A program made the position numbers and the translations under genes. Below, piece after piece: positions 8,099 through 17,765 of a stretch of 32,000 nt of DNA. The notes beneath the pieces are model-generated. The model worked only from the letters and a program-made list of their open reading frames with translations. It made no database searches and was not told the origin of the DNA. Source of the DNA: an uncultured Opitutales bacterium (GTDB lineage Bacteria > Verrucomicrobiota > Verrucomicrobiia > Opitutales > Intestinicryptomonadaceae); the NCBI GenBank assembly GCA_934660865.1, contig CAKUIA010000007.1, positions 73,016 to 105,015 of the forward strand. The letters run 5' to 3'. Position 1 is the first letter of the stretch; each line of letters begins with the position of its first letter.

Positions 8099-10453
8099 CT
8101 ATTTTTTATCGGAAAACTTGTCTACAATTTCGTTTTTTTCCACAACAAGGTTTTTAACCGTGCCCGCGTCGCAATATACGCCAAGTTTCGGCATATAGGG
8201 GCTTTTTGCGAACCGGTTGTTTACAACTGCAACATTCTCGCAGTGGGCAAAGTAGAACGAACCGCGGTAGTTGTGCGCAACAACCCTCGGGTTTTCGTTT
8301 ATTATCTTGTTGTCCTTAAATATAAGGTTCTTTGTATTATTTGCGTATGCAATTAACCCGCAACTATTTATAAAAGTATTGTTTTCGAACAGCACATTGT
8401 TCAATATGGGGTAGCACTTCCTTACGGTAGAAGGATCTACCTCTAAATATACGCTAAGGGAAATGTCGCGGGCAAAGCCGTCGTTCTTGCCGCCTGCAGT
8501 TGCGTTGGCGTTTTCGAATGTGCAGTTTTTTACCACAATGTTCGAAGCTCCGTACCCTTCGCTCCAAACATTGAACGTATAGCCGCTTTCTATTTTCAGC
8601 GCCCCGCTTTCGTGGTGCTTAAAGCGGCAGTTGTCTACGGTAATGTCGCTTGCCAAAAGCAGAATTCCCCTTGCCCTGTTGTCGTGGAAATACGAATTGC
8701 GCAGTATTATGTTTTTAGAGCCGAAGCGGCGGTTGAACATAACAAAGCCGTCTTTTGTCTGCTTGGGCAGCTTTTCCTTGAATGTTATGTAGTGCTCGCC
8801 TTTAATCTTGTTGGGCATAACCTTTATCGCCGTTATCGTTCCCGTAAAGCCCGTGGGCGAATAGTCGGAATGGCGAAGCTCTATTTTGTCGCCAATGCCG
8901 TATTGGTTTACGGTCCTAAAATTTTTGGTTCTTAGCGTGTTTTCGTTAAGGGCAAAGGCGTATCCCGTGTTGTCGTGAACGTTAAGGCAGTCGTCGGCCC
9001 CGTACGAAAATTCGCAGTTTTCTATTTTTAAATAGCCGCACGAGCTTGCTATGTGGAAGTGGTCGGCAGCCGACGTTATATAGCGCTTGTTTACGCCCCT
9101 GCCAAACGGCGGCACAATTTTAACGTTGCGGACAATCCAGTGGTTTTGCGTGCCGCCCGCGCTCATCGCGTGGCCTGCGGTAGAATATATGTTTACGTTT
9201 TCGAGCAGCATGTGCGAATTGCTTTGCATGGTAATGCCCGTCATGTGGTAGTAGTAGTGCTGCAGCCTAAAGAAATAGCCCTTTTGCAAAACGCCGAAGT
9301 TTGCCTTGCGGGTGTGCACTCTTAGCACATTGCCCGAAAGCCATTCGGTTTTTATGCTTTTGTCTTTGTAGTTGTTTATGCCAAAGCCCGAAGCGCCGTC
9401 TAGGCCCACCGTTTGGTTTTTAACGTCGTAGCGCGAAAGCATTGTAAGTTTAACGTCTTTGCGCGGGAATTTTTCGTATTCTACAAACTTTATGTCGAAA
9501 TATTTTGAGGGCTCAATGCCCACAACTTCTACTAAGCTTGCAATGGGGTCTATGCTCCAATCCCAATCTATGTTGAAATTTTTAAACTCTACCCTTTCGC
9601 AATTTTTTATGTCTATATCGTTGTGGTATTGCTTTTGGAATATAAAGGTGCTGTTGTTTGCGTCGAAAACAAAGTCCTTTAGACCGTCGAATATAACGGC
9701 CGCGTTCTCCCTAAAATAGTAGGTGCCCTTTTCCATTACAAGCTTGGCGGCCGAATTGCTTTTACAAAAGTCTATAAGCTCGTTTAGCTTGGCGGTAATG
9801 CTTTCGGGGGCGTTCGGCACAATGCCGTAGTCTTTTGCGTTTATAACCAAGCCGCCTTTGTTTGCGGGCTTTTTAATGTCGAACTCTTTTGCGCCCTTTG
9901 GCAGCACAAAGTTTGCCGATTTTGCGTCGCCAAAACTCTTTGTTATGTCTAAAAACTCTATATTGTCGCCCTCGTATACGGCAAGATTTGCTATTTTGCC
10001 CGAAAGATTGCCGTGCGCCATAATGGTAAGCTGGTAGTCGTCGTTGTCGTTGGTGGCAACCGAGCAGCGAAACTCCCTAAAAGTCGGCGCATAGTGCCTG
10101 TTTTGCGAAGTCAAATTCCAATAGGGCATACCCGCAGCCTTGTCGGAACGCACAAAAATATGCAAAAACTGGTCAGGACTTAGGCTGTGCGAGTTGTCTA
10201 TTAAAAAGTCGAATTTTATGGTATATTTGGTGTTCGGCTTTAAAACGCCCTTTTTGGTTATGAATATTGTCCTGTATTTGCCGTCGTTTTTGGCAACCGA
10301 AAAGTCAAGTCCGTCGTCGTCGTTTTCGGAAACGTACGAGCCGCCCCTTGTGCCTACCTGCCTGTCGAAGCCCTCAAAAACCGGTGTGTTTGCGGCCTGG
10401 GCTGCAAGGCAAAACAACATTGCAAATACAAACGGAATAAATTTTTTGAGCAT
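8099..10453 (-). CDS. Secreted right-handed parallel beta-helix protein (putative polysaccharide hydrolase/lyase) with an N-terminal beta-sandwich module
   Basis: Signal peptide MLKKFIPFVFAMLFCLAAQA. It has repeated beta-helix rungs (NIILRNSYFHDNRARGILLLASDITVDNCRF; NIVVKNCTFENA; LIFKDNKIINEN; VAVVNNRF). Confidence 0.7.
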   Translation of the reverse strand: MLKKFIPFVFAMLFCLAAQAANTPVFEGFDRQVGTRGGSYVSENDDDGLDFSVAKNDGKYRTIFITKKGVLKPNTKYTIKFDFLIDNSHSLSPDQFLHIFVRSDKAAGMPYWNLTSQNRHYAPTFREFRCSVATNDNDDYQLTIMAHGNLSGKIANLAVYEGDNIEFLDITKSFGDAKSANFVLPKGAKEFDIKKPANKGGLVINAKDYGIVPNAPESITAKLNELIDFCKSNSAAKLVMEKGTYYFRENAAVIFDGLKDFVFDANNSTFIFQKQYHNDIDIKNCERVEFKNFNIDWDWSIDPIASLVEVVGIEPSKYFDIKFVEYEKFPRKDVKLTMLSRYDVKNQTVGLDGASGFGINNYKDKSIKTEWLSGNVLRVHTRKANFGVLQKGYFFRLQHYYYHMTGITMQSNSHMLLENVNIYSTAGHAMSAGGTQNHWIVRNVKIVPPFGRGVNKRYITSAADHFHIASSCGYLKIENCEFSYGADDCLNVHDNTGYAFALNENTLRTKNFRTVNQYGIGDKIELRHSDYSPTGFTGTITAIKVMPNKIKGEHYITFKEKLPKQTKDGFVMFNRRFGSKNIILRNSYFHDNRARGILLLASDITVDNCRFKHHESGALKIESGYTFNVWSEGYGASNIVVKNCTFENANATAGGKNDGFARDISLSVYLEVDPSTVRKCYPILNNVLFENNTFINSCGLIAYANNTKNLIFKDNKIINENPRVVAHNYRGSFYFAHCENVAVVNNRFAKSPYMPKLGVYCDAGTVKNLVVEKNEIVDKFSDKK

Positions 10454-10474
10454 ATTTTTCGGGATATTTTATAA

Positions 10475-12556
10475 TTACTTTTCGGATTTTTCGGAAGCCG
10501 TTTTTGCCTTTGCCTCAACCGATTTTAAAAGCTTTGCATTTTCGGGCGTTGCGGTTTTTACCGCGTTTTCGAGCATATCGCTTTGGCTTTTGCCGAGCCC
10601 AAAAGACGCCGTTTTTACCAGCTGCTTTAAAGCGGCGTTTTTAAGCTGCTTTTCGGAATTTAACAATACATTAAGCAAAAACCCAAAAGACTTTTCGCTA
10701 TGCAGCGAGCCAATGGCGGCAACTATTGCAATTTTTGCGTTTTCCGATTTTGCAGAATCGAATTTCTCCATAAGCGCATTTTCGTCGGCGGAAAAGTCGG
10801 CATACAAAATTACTTCGGCCGCCAATTCGCGCTGCGGCTTTTCGGATTCGAGCAAAGCAAAAACTTTTTGGACCGCATTTGCAAAGTTCGGCATTGAGAC
10901 AATGTTTGCCGCCGCCACGCGCCTTTTTGCAGCGCCGAGCATTTTTGCGTTTTCGAAAACCGCTTCAAAGGCCTTTTCGCTGCCCGACTTTGCCGCGTAG
11001 TACGACAATGCAACAACCGAGTCTTCGTCGGCAAGGGGCATTTGCAAAATAGCGCTTTCGCCTTCGTTTCGGCTCATTAGGGCATACGCCAAAACGGGGG
11101 CATTTTCGGCCGATATGTTTTTAAAATTTGCGTATTTTGGCATGGCAACGTTTTTGTTTGCCCCCAAAAATCTTATAACGCAAAGCAACTCCCTTTCGGA
11201 ATCGGGCTTAGTTAAGGGAACTTTAAATTTCGGCAAATTGCCGCCAAACGAAAGTTCGTTTTTGTAGTGCGCCAGCGCGTTTTCCAAAATATCGGCTACA
11301 ATGCGGTTGGTTTTCGGGCTTTGCGCCAGTTTTTTAAAGGCATTGTAGCTTTTTTTAGACGATATTTTTACATCGCAAACCAGCCTCGCCAAAAGGCATT
11401 GGTATACTTCGCTCGAAGAATTGCCGCTTTCAAGTTCGGACAGCACAAAGCTTTCCATCTTTTTGCAAAAATCGGCGTTTTTGTTGTTCGAGCAAACTGC
11501 GTAGATAAGCTCGTTTAGCTCGTTGTCCTTTTCGCCGTATTTTACGTTGCCAAAGCTTTTTATATATCCAAGTTCCGGCTCGCCGTAAAGCGGGCATGCT
11601 ATATCTTTGCCCTTTTTTATGGGGCTTACATCGGCGGGCAAATCGCCGCAGGCAAACTGCAAAAGCCGTAAGGTAAGCTCCTGAAAACGCCTGTCTTTAT
11701 AGGTGTGGCAGGCATGCCCGAAAGCCGAATAGGCAACTTTGCCTTTGCCGTAGTTTTTTATCCAAACCAAAGCCAAATCTTTGTCGGCCCTTATCTTATG
11801 CCTGCGCCCCCATTCGGTTGTTACTGGGCTAGCTTCCACGTTAAGGCGCATTAGCGCCCTGCACTTTTCGCGGCTAAAATATTCGCCGAATTGGTAGATT
11901 TCGTCTACAACCCTAAAGGCGGGCTTTGCCCAAATGCCCTTTGTTATGGGAGATTGCATATCGTCTATATTCACGGTAACCGCCGAGCAGTTGTAGCCCC
12001 AGGGGTGGCCTATAAAATCGCCGCCCATCATTTCCGACATTTCGGTTTTCATGTAGCAGTCGGTGCCGCCCGCATGGAAGCCCGCAACAGCGCCTCCGTT
12101 TTTAACGTAGTCGCACAAACCCTTAAGGTATTCGTCGGAGCGCTTTTTAAAGCGCAGCTTGTCGTCTTTAGACATTTCGGGGGTTTCCTTTTCGCCGAAG
12201 GCGTTGCCCGTTACGCAGTTTAGCACAACGGCGTCGTACTGCTTTAGGTTTTCTGGGGCCATATCAATCGGGTTTTCGGTAAATACCGCAGTAAACGCTC
12301 CCTTTTTCTGCATATTTTCTATCGCACGGTTTAAGCCCGCAATGCCGTCGCGGTGCCTATAGCCCAAAGTTCTCGAAAATACCAAAATCTTTCTCGGCTT
12401 TAGCGGTTTTGCGATTTTTTCGGGAGTGGCCTTGTCTATGTCGGCTATAATTTTGCCGTCTAATTTAAATGTATCGGCAGCGGCAAACAGGGCGCCGGCA
12501 GACAATGTAAGAGCCGCAAAAAGTGTGTATTTTTTCATTTTATTAAAAATCCCCAT
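10475..12556 (-). CDS. ThuA-like (trehalose-utilisation family) domain fused to a C-terminal HEAT/ARM-like helical repeat region, secreted
   Basis: Signal peptide MKKYTLFAALTLSAGALFAAA (alternative start at 12538). The ThuA-type core is ILVFSRTLGYRHRDGI...YDAVVLNCVTGN...VAGFHAGG. The C-terminal ~350 aa are helical repeats rich in A/L/K. Confidence 0.65.
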   Translation of the reverse strand: MGIFNKMKKYTLFAALTLSAGALFAAADTFKLDGKIIADIDKATPEKIAKPLKPRKILVFSRTLGYRHRDGIAGLNRAIENMQKKGAFTAVFTENPIDMAPENLKQYDAVVLNCVTGNAFGEKETPEMSKDDKLRFKKRSDEYLKGLCDYVKNGGAVAGFHAGGTDCYMKTEMSEMMGGDFIGHPWGYNCSAVTVNIDDMQSPITKGIWAKPAFRVVDEIYQFGEYFSREKCRALMRLNVEASPVTTEWGRRHKIRADKDLALVWIKNYGKGKVAYSAFGHACHTYKDRRFQELTLRLLQFACGDLPADVSPIKKGKDIACPLYGEPELGYIKSFGNVKYGEKDNELNELIYAVCSNNKNADFCKKMESFVLSELESGNSSSEVYQCLLARLVCDVKISSKKSYNAFKKLAQSPKTNRIVADILENALAHYKNELSFGGNLPKFKVPLTKPDSERELLCVIRFLGANKNVAMPKYANFKNISAENAPVLAYALMSRNEGESAILQMPLADEDSVVALSYYAAKSGSEKAFEAVFENAKMLGAAKRRVAAANIVSMPNFANAVQKVFALLESEKPQRELAAEVILYADFSADENALMEKFDSAKSENAKIAIVAAIGSLHSEKSFGFLLNVLLNSEKQLKNAALKQLVKTASFGLGKSQSDMLENAVKTATPENAKLLKSVEAKAKTASEKSEK

Positions 12557-12565
12557 ATTGTTTGT

Positions 12566-13915
12566 TTATGCCAAGTTGCCGCCGCTTTGCCAAGACTGCC
12601 TGTCCTTGCGGGCAAGCATTGCGTTGGCGGCATTGTCGTTTTTAAACGAAAGAGTTTTATAGTCCCACTCCAAATCCCTGTCGAGCTTATGGGCAATGTT
12701 GCCTATAAGGCACATATTGCAGCTGCTTTGCCCCACTTGCACCGGGCAAATTACGGGGCGTCCGGTTAATATACCCTCTATAAAATTCGACCTGTGTTCG
12801 GTCGAGATATAGGCGTTGTCGGCATTGGCGACTATTTTAGGGTCGTATAAAGAGGGCTTGCTCGCCCAAAAATAGTCGGCACGGCTGGCGGCTGCCATCG
12901 CCTTTTTGCCTACAAAGGTAACCATTGCGTTGGCGGCGCAACCCGCCTTTTTTGCGTCGTCGCTTGTGCCCGTTATAACCTTAACGCCGTTTTCGTATGT
13001 ATATATAAGCTTTTCGGTGTAGGTTGTAAATTCGGGGTGCTTGCGTTTGCTTAATTGCACATATTTAGGGCCTTTGCCGTCCATATTCAAGCCCCATTGG
13101 GCAATATCGTAGTGGTGGGCGCCCCAGTCGGCCTGCATGCCGTTGCCGAAGTCGCTATGAAAGCGCCACTCGCCCCAGGGAGCTCCGTATAAAACCTTCT
13201 TTTCGCCATAATAAAGCGGCGAAAGCAGCCTTTGCGAATACGGCCGCATGGGAGACGGGCCAATCCACATATTCCAGTTTATATTGTCGGGCACGCTTTC
13301 GGCCTTCCAGTTGTGCACTTTGGGAAAGTGCCAGCTAAAGTTGCAAAAAACCTCCTTTATTTCGCCCAATGCCCCCGAACGCGCAAGCTGGGCAAGGTTT
13401 CTAAAAGACCTTTCGCTGCGCTGCTGCGAACCCGTTTGGAAAACCACGCCCGAAGCCTTTACGGCCTCGGCAACCAGCGCACCTTCCCGGACTGTAAAAG
13501 TAAGGGGCTTTTCGCAGTAAATATGCTTGCCCGCGCGGGCCGCCATTATGCACATAATTGCGTGCCAGTGGTCGGGCGTTACAATAAACACGGCGTCTAT
13601 CGACTTGTCCGCCAAAAGGTCGCGGAAATCCGAATAGGTTTTTACGTCGCTTTTTATGCCTTTAGACGCGTAGTAGTTGTCGGTATCTTTTTTGTTGTAC
13701 TGCAGGCGCTGGCTATCCACATCGCAAAGGGCGGCAAGCCAACAGCGCTTGTCGCTGCGTATAAAGCGCAGGTGGTGCATCGACTGCTTTCCCAAGCCTA
13801 TAACGCCTATATTTATGCGCGAATTTGCGCTTTGGTTTGCAAACAGGCCCCTGCCGATAAACAGCGAAGCAAAGGCCGCCGCCGATGATTTCCCTATAAA
13901 TGTGCGTCTATCCAT
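12566..13915 (-). CDS. Gfo/Idh/MocA-family oxidoreductase with twin-arginine (TAT) signal
   Basis: N-terminus MDRRTFIGKSSAAAFASLF carries an RR motif. The Rossmann segment is INIGVIGLGKQSMHH. It overlaps the upstream gene by 8 nt. Confidence 0.85.
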   Translation of the reverse strand: MDRRTFIGKSSAAAFASLFIGRGLFANQSANSRINIGVIGLGKQSMHHLRFIRSDKRCWLAALCDVDSQRLQYNKKDTDNYYASKGIKSDVKTYSDFRDLLADKSIDAVFIVTPDHWHAIMCIMAARAGKHIYCEKPLTFTVREGALVAEAVKASGVVFQTGSQQRSERSFRNLAQLARSGALGEIKEVFCNFSWHFPKVHNWKAESVPDNINWNMWIGPSPMRPYSQRLLSPLYYGEKKVLYGAPWGEWRFHSDFGNGMQADWGAHHYDIAQWGLNMDGKGPKYVQLSKRKHPEFTTYTEKLIYTYENGVKVITGTSDDAKKAGCAANAMVTFVGKKAMAAASRADYFWASKPSLYDPKIVANADNAYISTEHRSNFIEGILTGRPVICPVQVGQSSCNMCLIGNIAHKLDRDLEWDYKTLSFKNDNAANAMLARKDRQSWQSGGNLA

Positions 13916-15581
13916 TGTGCTTAATTTTAAACCCTTCTATTTGAGATTTAACACTGTCGATTTCCGTTTCCAACAAAGAGTCTTTTTGCGGTTTTAAAAC
14001 CTTGCGCGAAATTTCCAAAAGAACGAGACATTCGTCGAACTTCTGTTTTTTAAGCAGCGCGTTGAAAATCGGTATCGAAAGGTTCGAAAACGCTATAAGC
14101 CCGTCGTTTTTAAATACGCCCAAAAGCCTCTTATACGAGGAATTCAGCTTGTCGGCGCTGTCTTCGGCTATCGACGATTCAAGCTCCATTTTTGCAAACG
14201 ACATTGCAATGTCGGGGCGCGCCTGCCTTGTCTTTATTATTATCGAAGTCGAAAGCCTGCGGGCGTCGTCGAAGCGCCCGAGATCTATCAAATACTGCAT
14301 AAGCTCGCGCCTGAAAGACGCGTCTATGTCGGGATATTTTGCGGTAAAGCCCTTCATGGCCTGCGCATACAATTTAATTATGTCGCCGTCGGAAGCCTTT
14401 CTGGCCTTATACGACTTTATAAGAATATTCCAAGTTTCGGCGTTGCGGTCGTCGAATTTTACGGCGGCAAAAGCGCACTTTTCGGCCTGGGCGTAGTTTT
14501 CCGAATCTAGATACTCCTTTGCAAATGCCGTGCATACCATATTGTTGCGGTATTTTTCCAAATTGTAAAAGCCCTCGCACATTGCGCCCAAATCGTGGTC
14601 GGAAGCCCTTTTCCAGGTTTGGGGGTCGAACGTAGTTCCCGTAACGAATCTGGAATCTTCGTAGCGGCCGACGTTAAAATTCCAGTTGCCTGGGCCTTTC
14701 ATATAGGCAACCCAGGCGTGCCCGCCGTCGGTGCCCGCCCCCGACAATATGAAGGCCGGAACGCCCTTTCGCTTTGCGACTTCGCTTGTATAATAGGCCT
14801 GGTCGGTGCAAATGCCGCCAAATTCCTTTATTGTAGGCAGCTTGTAGTTGCCGTATGTCCAGTCGAACTGCTTGCTGTCCAAACGCTTTTTGTCGTATGT
14901 AATCGAGGGATACAGTTTCGGGATATTCGCCAGCGTAGTGGAAATTTTTTGCTGAATCCATTTTATGTCGTTTTCGTCGGAAAGGGCCGCAACTACAAAC
15001 TTAAGCTCGCGCACCGACAGTTTTTCGGTTGCAAGCAAAAACCTGCCCTTTTCGCGCAGTCCCACAATGGTTTCGAAAGCCTTTTCGGGTTCGGGAAACT
15101 TTCTGGGCAAAATCTTTTCCGAAACCTGCGCATGCGGCCACTCGTTGGGGGGCGGAGTATCGAACACAACGGCTATTGCAACCGCCAGCTTCGGGTACTT
15201 TTCAAACTTTTCGGGCGAAAAGTTGTAGATTTTCGCCAATATGGCAAAAACCTGCCCGGTGTTGTCGTCGTCGCACAGGGTCGAAACAAATTCGTTTCTA
15301 AGCTCGGTGTTTTCGGCAAAAAACATTTTCAGGTTTGCCGGCCAGGCGGCGCCGAACTTGCCCACAAGCGAATAGTATTTTGAATTTATAAGGGCGTTAT
15401 AGGCTTCCTTAAGCTTGCCCGCCGAATAGTCGGCATAGGCGGTTTTGTTGTAAGTGTCGGAAATTTCAGCCAAATCGCCGTCGAAAATTTTAGGGTCTAC
15501 AGACTCGGCCTTTTTTGGTGCGCCAAAGCACGCAAAGGCGCACGCACACACAAACGCAACTGCAAAATATCTCGTTTTCAT
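13908..15581 (-). CDS. Transglutaminase-like cysteine protease domain protein with TPR-like C-terminal repeats, secreted or lipoprotein
   Basis: The track ORF extends to 15815. The ATG at 15581-15579 gives a clean signal peptide (MKTRYFAVAFVCACAFACFG) and removes the overlap with the divergent gene at 15679. The transglutaminase core is GICTDQAYYTSEVAKRKGVPAFILSGAGTDGGHAWVAYM. Confidence 0.7.
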   Translation of the reverse strand: MKTRYFAVAFVCACAFACFGAPKKAESVDPKIFDGDLAEISDTYNKTAYADYSAGKLKEAYNALINSKYYSLVGKFGAAWPANLKMFFAENTELRNEFVSTLCDDDNTGQVFAILAKIYNFSPEKFEKYPKLAVAIAVVFDTPPPNEWPHAQVSEKILPRKFPEPEKAFETIVGLREKGRFLLATEKLSVRELKFVVAALSDENDIKWIQQKISTTLANIPKLYPSITYDKKRLDSKQFDWTYGNYKLPTIKEFGGICTDQAYYTSEVAKRKGVPAFILSGAGTDGGHAWVAYMKGPGNWNFNVGRYEDSRFVTGTTFDPQTWKRASDHDLGAMCEGFYNLEKYRNNMVCTAFAKEYLDSENYAQAEKCAFAAVKFDDRNAETWNILIKSYKARKASDGDIIKLYAQAMKGFTAKYPDIDASFRRELMQYLIDLGRFDDARRLSTSIIIKTRQARPDIAMSFAKMELESSIAEDSADKLNSSYKRLLGVFKNDGLIAFSNLSIPIFNALLKKQKFDECLVLLEISRKVLKPQKDSLLETEIDSVKSQIEGFKIKHNG

Positions 15582-15678
15582 ATACACTCGGGCATTATTT
15601 ATACGGAATGCAAACTTGTAAAGAACTAAAAGACAAACTGTGCTTGAATATGCGGCGGCATTTGCCAATATATAAGGT

Positions 15679-16113
15679 ATGAAAGCGATTTTTGGAATTT
15701 TGCAGGCACTGGCCCTTGCGTGCATACTTTGCGGTTGCGCATCGTACAACGTTGTATATACCCCCACAAACAACGTAAATACGGCGTTGCTTGCAAAAAC
15801 CGCCCCGCAGGACATTCAAATTTTCGAGACAAGCCGCCCCAACTACCCTTATGTGGAATTGGGCACGCTAACGATTAGGTCGGGCGTAATGTATGCCGAT
15901 ATGTCGGCAATATACGAGCAGTTCAGGCAAAAGGCTTCGCAAATAGGAGCCTGCGCAATAATAGTAATGGGAACTGCAAGCGACATCTACACAATGCCCG
16001 CCATAACCTACGACTATTTCGGCAACCCCATATTTTACGACAGGGTAAACCAGGCCTACATATACAGGGCGGTTGCCATTGCAAAAAACACCTCGAAAAT
16101 AGACATAAAATAA
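15679..16113 (+). CDS. Small probable lipoprotein, function unknown
   Basis: 144-aa ORF with a signal sequence plus lipobox-like segment, MKAIFGILQALALACILCGC. Confidence 0.55.
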   Translation: MKAIFGILQALALACILCGCASYNVVYTPTNNVNTALLAKTAPQDIQIFETSRPNYPYVELGTLTIRSGVMYADMSAIYEQFRQKASQIGACAIIVMGTASDIYTMPAITYDYFGNPIFYDRVNQAYIYRAVAIAKNTSKIDIK

Positions 16114-16263
16114 TGCGGTGTGCGCTAGCGGCAAATACGGGGTTTTTGCAAACACAATTCGGCAATATTTTAATTGACTTTGCAACGAAACTTAACTCTA
16201 ATTTGAGGCCTTAATCACTACCATTTTGGTATAGCATTAACAAACAATTTTTCATTAAAAATT

Positions 16264-17046
16264 ATGGCTATAGAAAATACAATATCGGCGGCAATTTTAA
16301 ACAGATTTTCGAGCAAGCTGCTCGACAGTCTCGCACTAGACGTGGCAATAGTAGGAGGCGGCCCAAGCGCATTGGTGGCTGCCCGCTACTTGGCAAACGC
16401 GGGTCTTAAAGCTGGCATTTTCGAAAGAAAGCTGGCTCCCGGCGGCGGCACTTGGGGCGGCGGCATGCTCTTTAACGAAGTTGTAGTTCAAGACAGCGCC
16501 CTTCCCATTTTAGACGACTTTTCCATTTCGCACAGACAAATTGAAAACGCCAAGGGCTACCACACTTTGGATTCGGTTGAAATGGCAAGCGGCCTTATAT
16601 TCGGCGCGGTAAAGGCGGGTGCAAAAATCTTCAACGCAATCAGCGTAGAAGACCTTGTTTTTAAAGACGGCAAAGTAGGCGGCCTGGTTATTAACTGGAC
16701 TCCCGTAGAACGCCTCGGCATGCACGTAGACCCCTTGACTATCACCTCGGAATGTGTTTTGGACGGCACGGGCCACCCGAGCGAAATCATGCACTTGGCA
16801 ACAAACAAAGCCAAGATAAAGCTCGACACCCCCACGGGCGAAATTCTCGGCGAAAAACCCATGTGGGTAGACAGCGGCGAAGCTTCGACAGTGGAAAACA
16901 CAAAGGAATATTTCCCGGGGCTTTTCGCCTGCGGCATGAGCGCAAACAACGTTATGGGCGGCTACAGAATGGGCCCGATTTTCGGCGGAATGTTGCTTTC
17001 GGGCAAAAAGGCAGCCGACCTTATAATTGCCAAGCTTAAGAAATAA
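16264..17046 (+). CDS. thi4: Thiazole synthase, Thi4 family (ADP-thiazole synthase, archaeal/eukaryotic type)
   Basis: FAD/NAD fold [18 protein letters not shown]. It has the Thi4-typical [12 protein letters not shown] and DGTGH segments and sits immediately upstream of thiE. Confidence 0.85.
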   Translation: MAIENTISAAILNRFSSKLLDSLALDVAIVGGGPSALVAARYLANAGLKAGIFERKLAPGGGTWGGGMLFNEVVVQDSALPILDDFSISHRQIENAKGYHTLDSVEMASGLIFGAVKAGAKIFNAISVEDLVFKDGKVGGLVINWTPVERLGMHVDPLTITSECVLDGTGHPSEIMHLATNKAKIKLDTPTGEILGEKPMWVDSGEASTVENTKEYFPGLFACGMSANNVMGGYRMGPIFGGMLLSGKKAADLIIAKLKK

Positions 17047-17702
17047 TGGCGTTTGTTTCGCTACAAGAGCGCATTAAGGCGTTCGAAAATTCCGACATAT
17101 ACGCGGTGGTAACCTCGCAGTTTTGCGGGGGGCGCCCCGCCGAGTATGTCGTAGAACAAGTCGGCATTGGCGGCGGAAAGATTGTGCAGCTTCGGGAAAA
17201 GGACTTAAGCTTTAATTCGTATTTGAATTTGGCAAAAAAGTGCCGCGAAGTTTGCGATAAATACAATATGCTGCTTATTATAGACGACAATGTGCAAGTT
17301 GCCATGCTTTCTGACGCCGACGGCGTGCACTTGGGGCAAAGCGATATGCCCATAACCGAAGCGCGCGCTTTAGACGAAAATCTGCTGATAGGCTCTTCCA
17401 CCCACAATGCCGCGGAAATTGCCGCCGCCATGCGCGACGGAGCGTCGTACCTAAACATAGGCCCAATTTTTGCGACGCAAACAAAAAGTTTGCCCATGCA
17501 CGCTTTGGGGCTGCAAACCTTTGCCGAGCTAAAAAAGCCGGTTAAAATACCATTTTCGGTTATGGGCGGCATAAAAGAGCGCCACATAAAAGAGCTTTGC
17601 AGCTTGGGCGCAAAACACATTGCAATGGTTACCGAAATTACCCAAGCCGAAAATATTGCCGAAAAGGTAAAATCTTTAAGGCGGCAAATTGGCGCTTTAT
17701 AA
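17046..17702 (+). CDS. thiE: Thiamine-phosphate synthase
   Basis: 218 aa with ThiE-type motifs LIIDDNVQVAMLSDADGVHLGQSD and GGI. The start overlaps the thi4 stop (TAATG). Confidence 0.85.
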   Translation: MAFVSLQERIKAFENSDIYAVVTSQFCGGRPAEYVVEQVGIGGGKIVQLREKDLSFNSYLNLAKKCREVCDKYNMLLIIDDNVQVAMLSDADGVHLGQSDMPITEARALDENLLIGSSTHNAAEIAAAMRDGASYLNIGPIFATQTKSLPMHALGLQTFAELKKPVKIPFSVMGGIKERHIKELCSLGAKHIAMVTEITQAENIAEKVKSLRRQIGAL

Positions 17703-17709
17703 AACGCAA

Positions 17710-17747
17710 AAAGCTTTCTTTGAAATTTCAAAAGAAAGCTTTTTTTA
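17710..17747. terminator. Bidirectional intrinsic terminator between convergent thiE and the glycosidase gene
   Basis: Perfect arms AAGCTTTCTTT (17711-17721) and AAAGAAAGCTT (17731-17741) flank the palindromic TGAAATTTCA. An A-run precedes the hairpin and a T-run follows it. Confidence 0.75.
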
Positions 17748-17765
17748 TGTGCAAAATTTGGCCTC

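Noticed and set aside
15582-15815. N-terminal extension of the transglutaminase ORF (MSCGAVFASN...). Analogous extensions occur at 24475-24549, 27862-27954, 5917-5964 and 29639-29689.
   Set aside because: Internal ATGs give clean signal peptides, family-typical N-termini or ATGA coupling. The extensions overlap divergent genes or promoter regions, or begin at a TTG.
16114-16263. Expected TPP riboswitch upstream of thi4
   Set aside because: No CUGAGA core, no ACCUGA/GGAUAAUGCC-like segment and no obvious P1-P5 pairing could be found by eye. It is reported as an absence that needs a covariance-model check, not as a feature.
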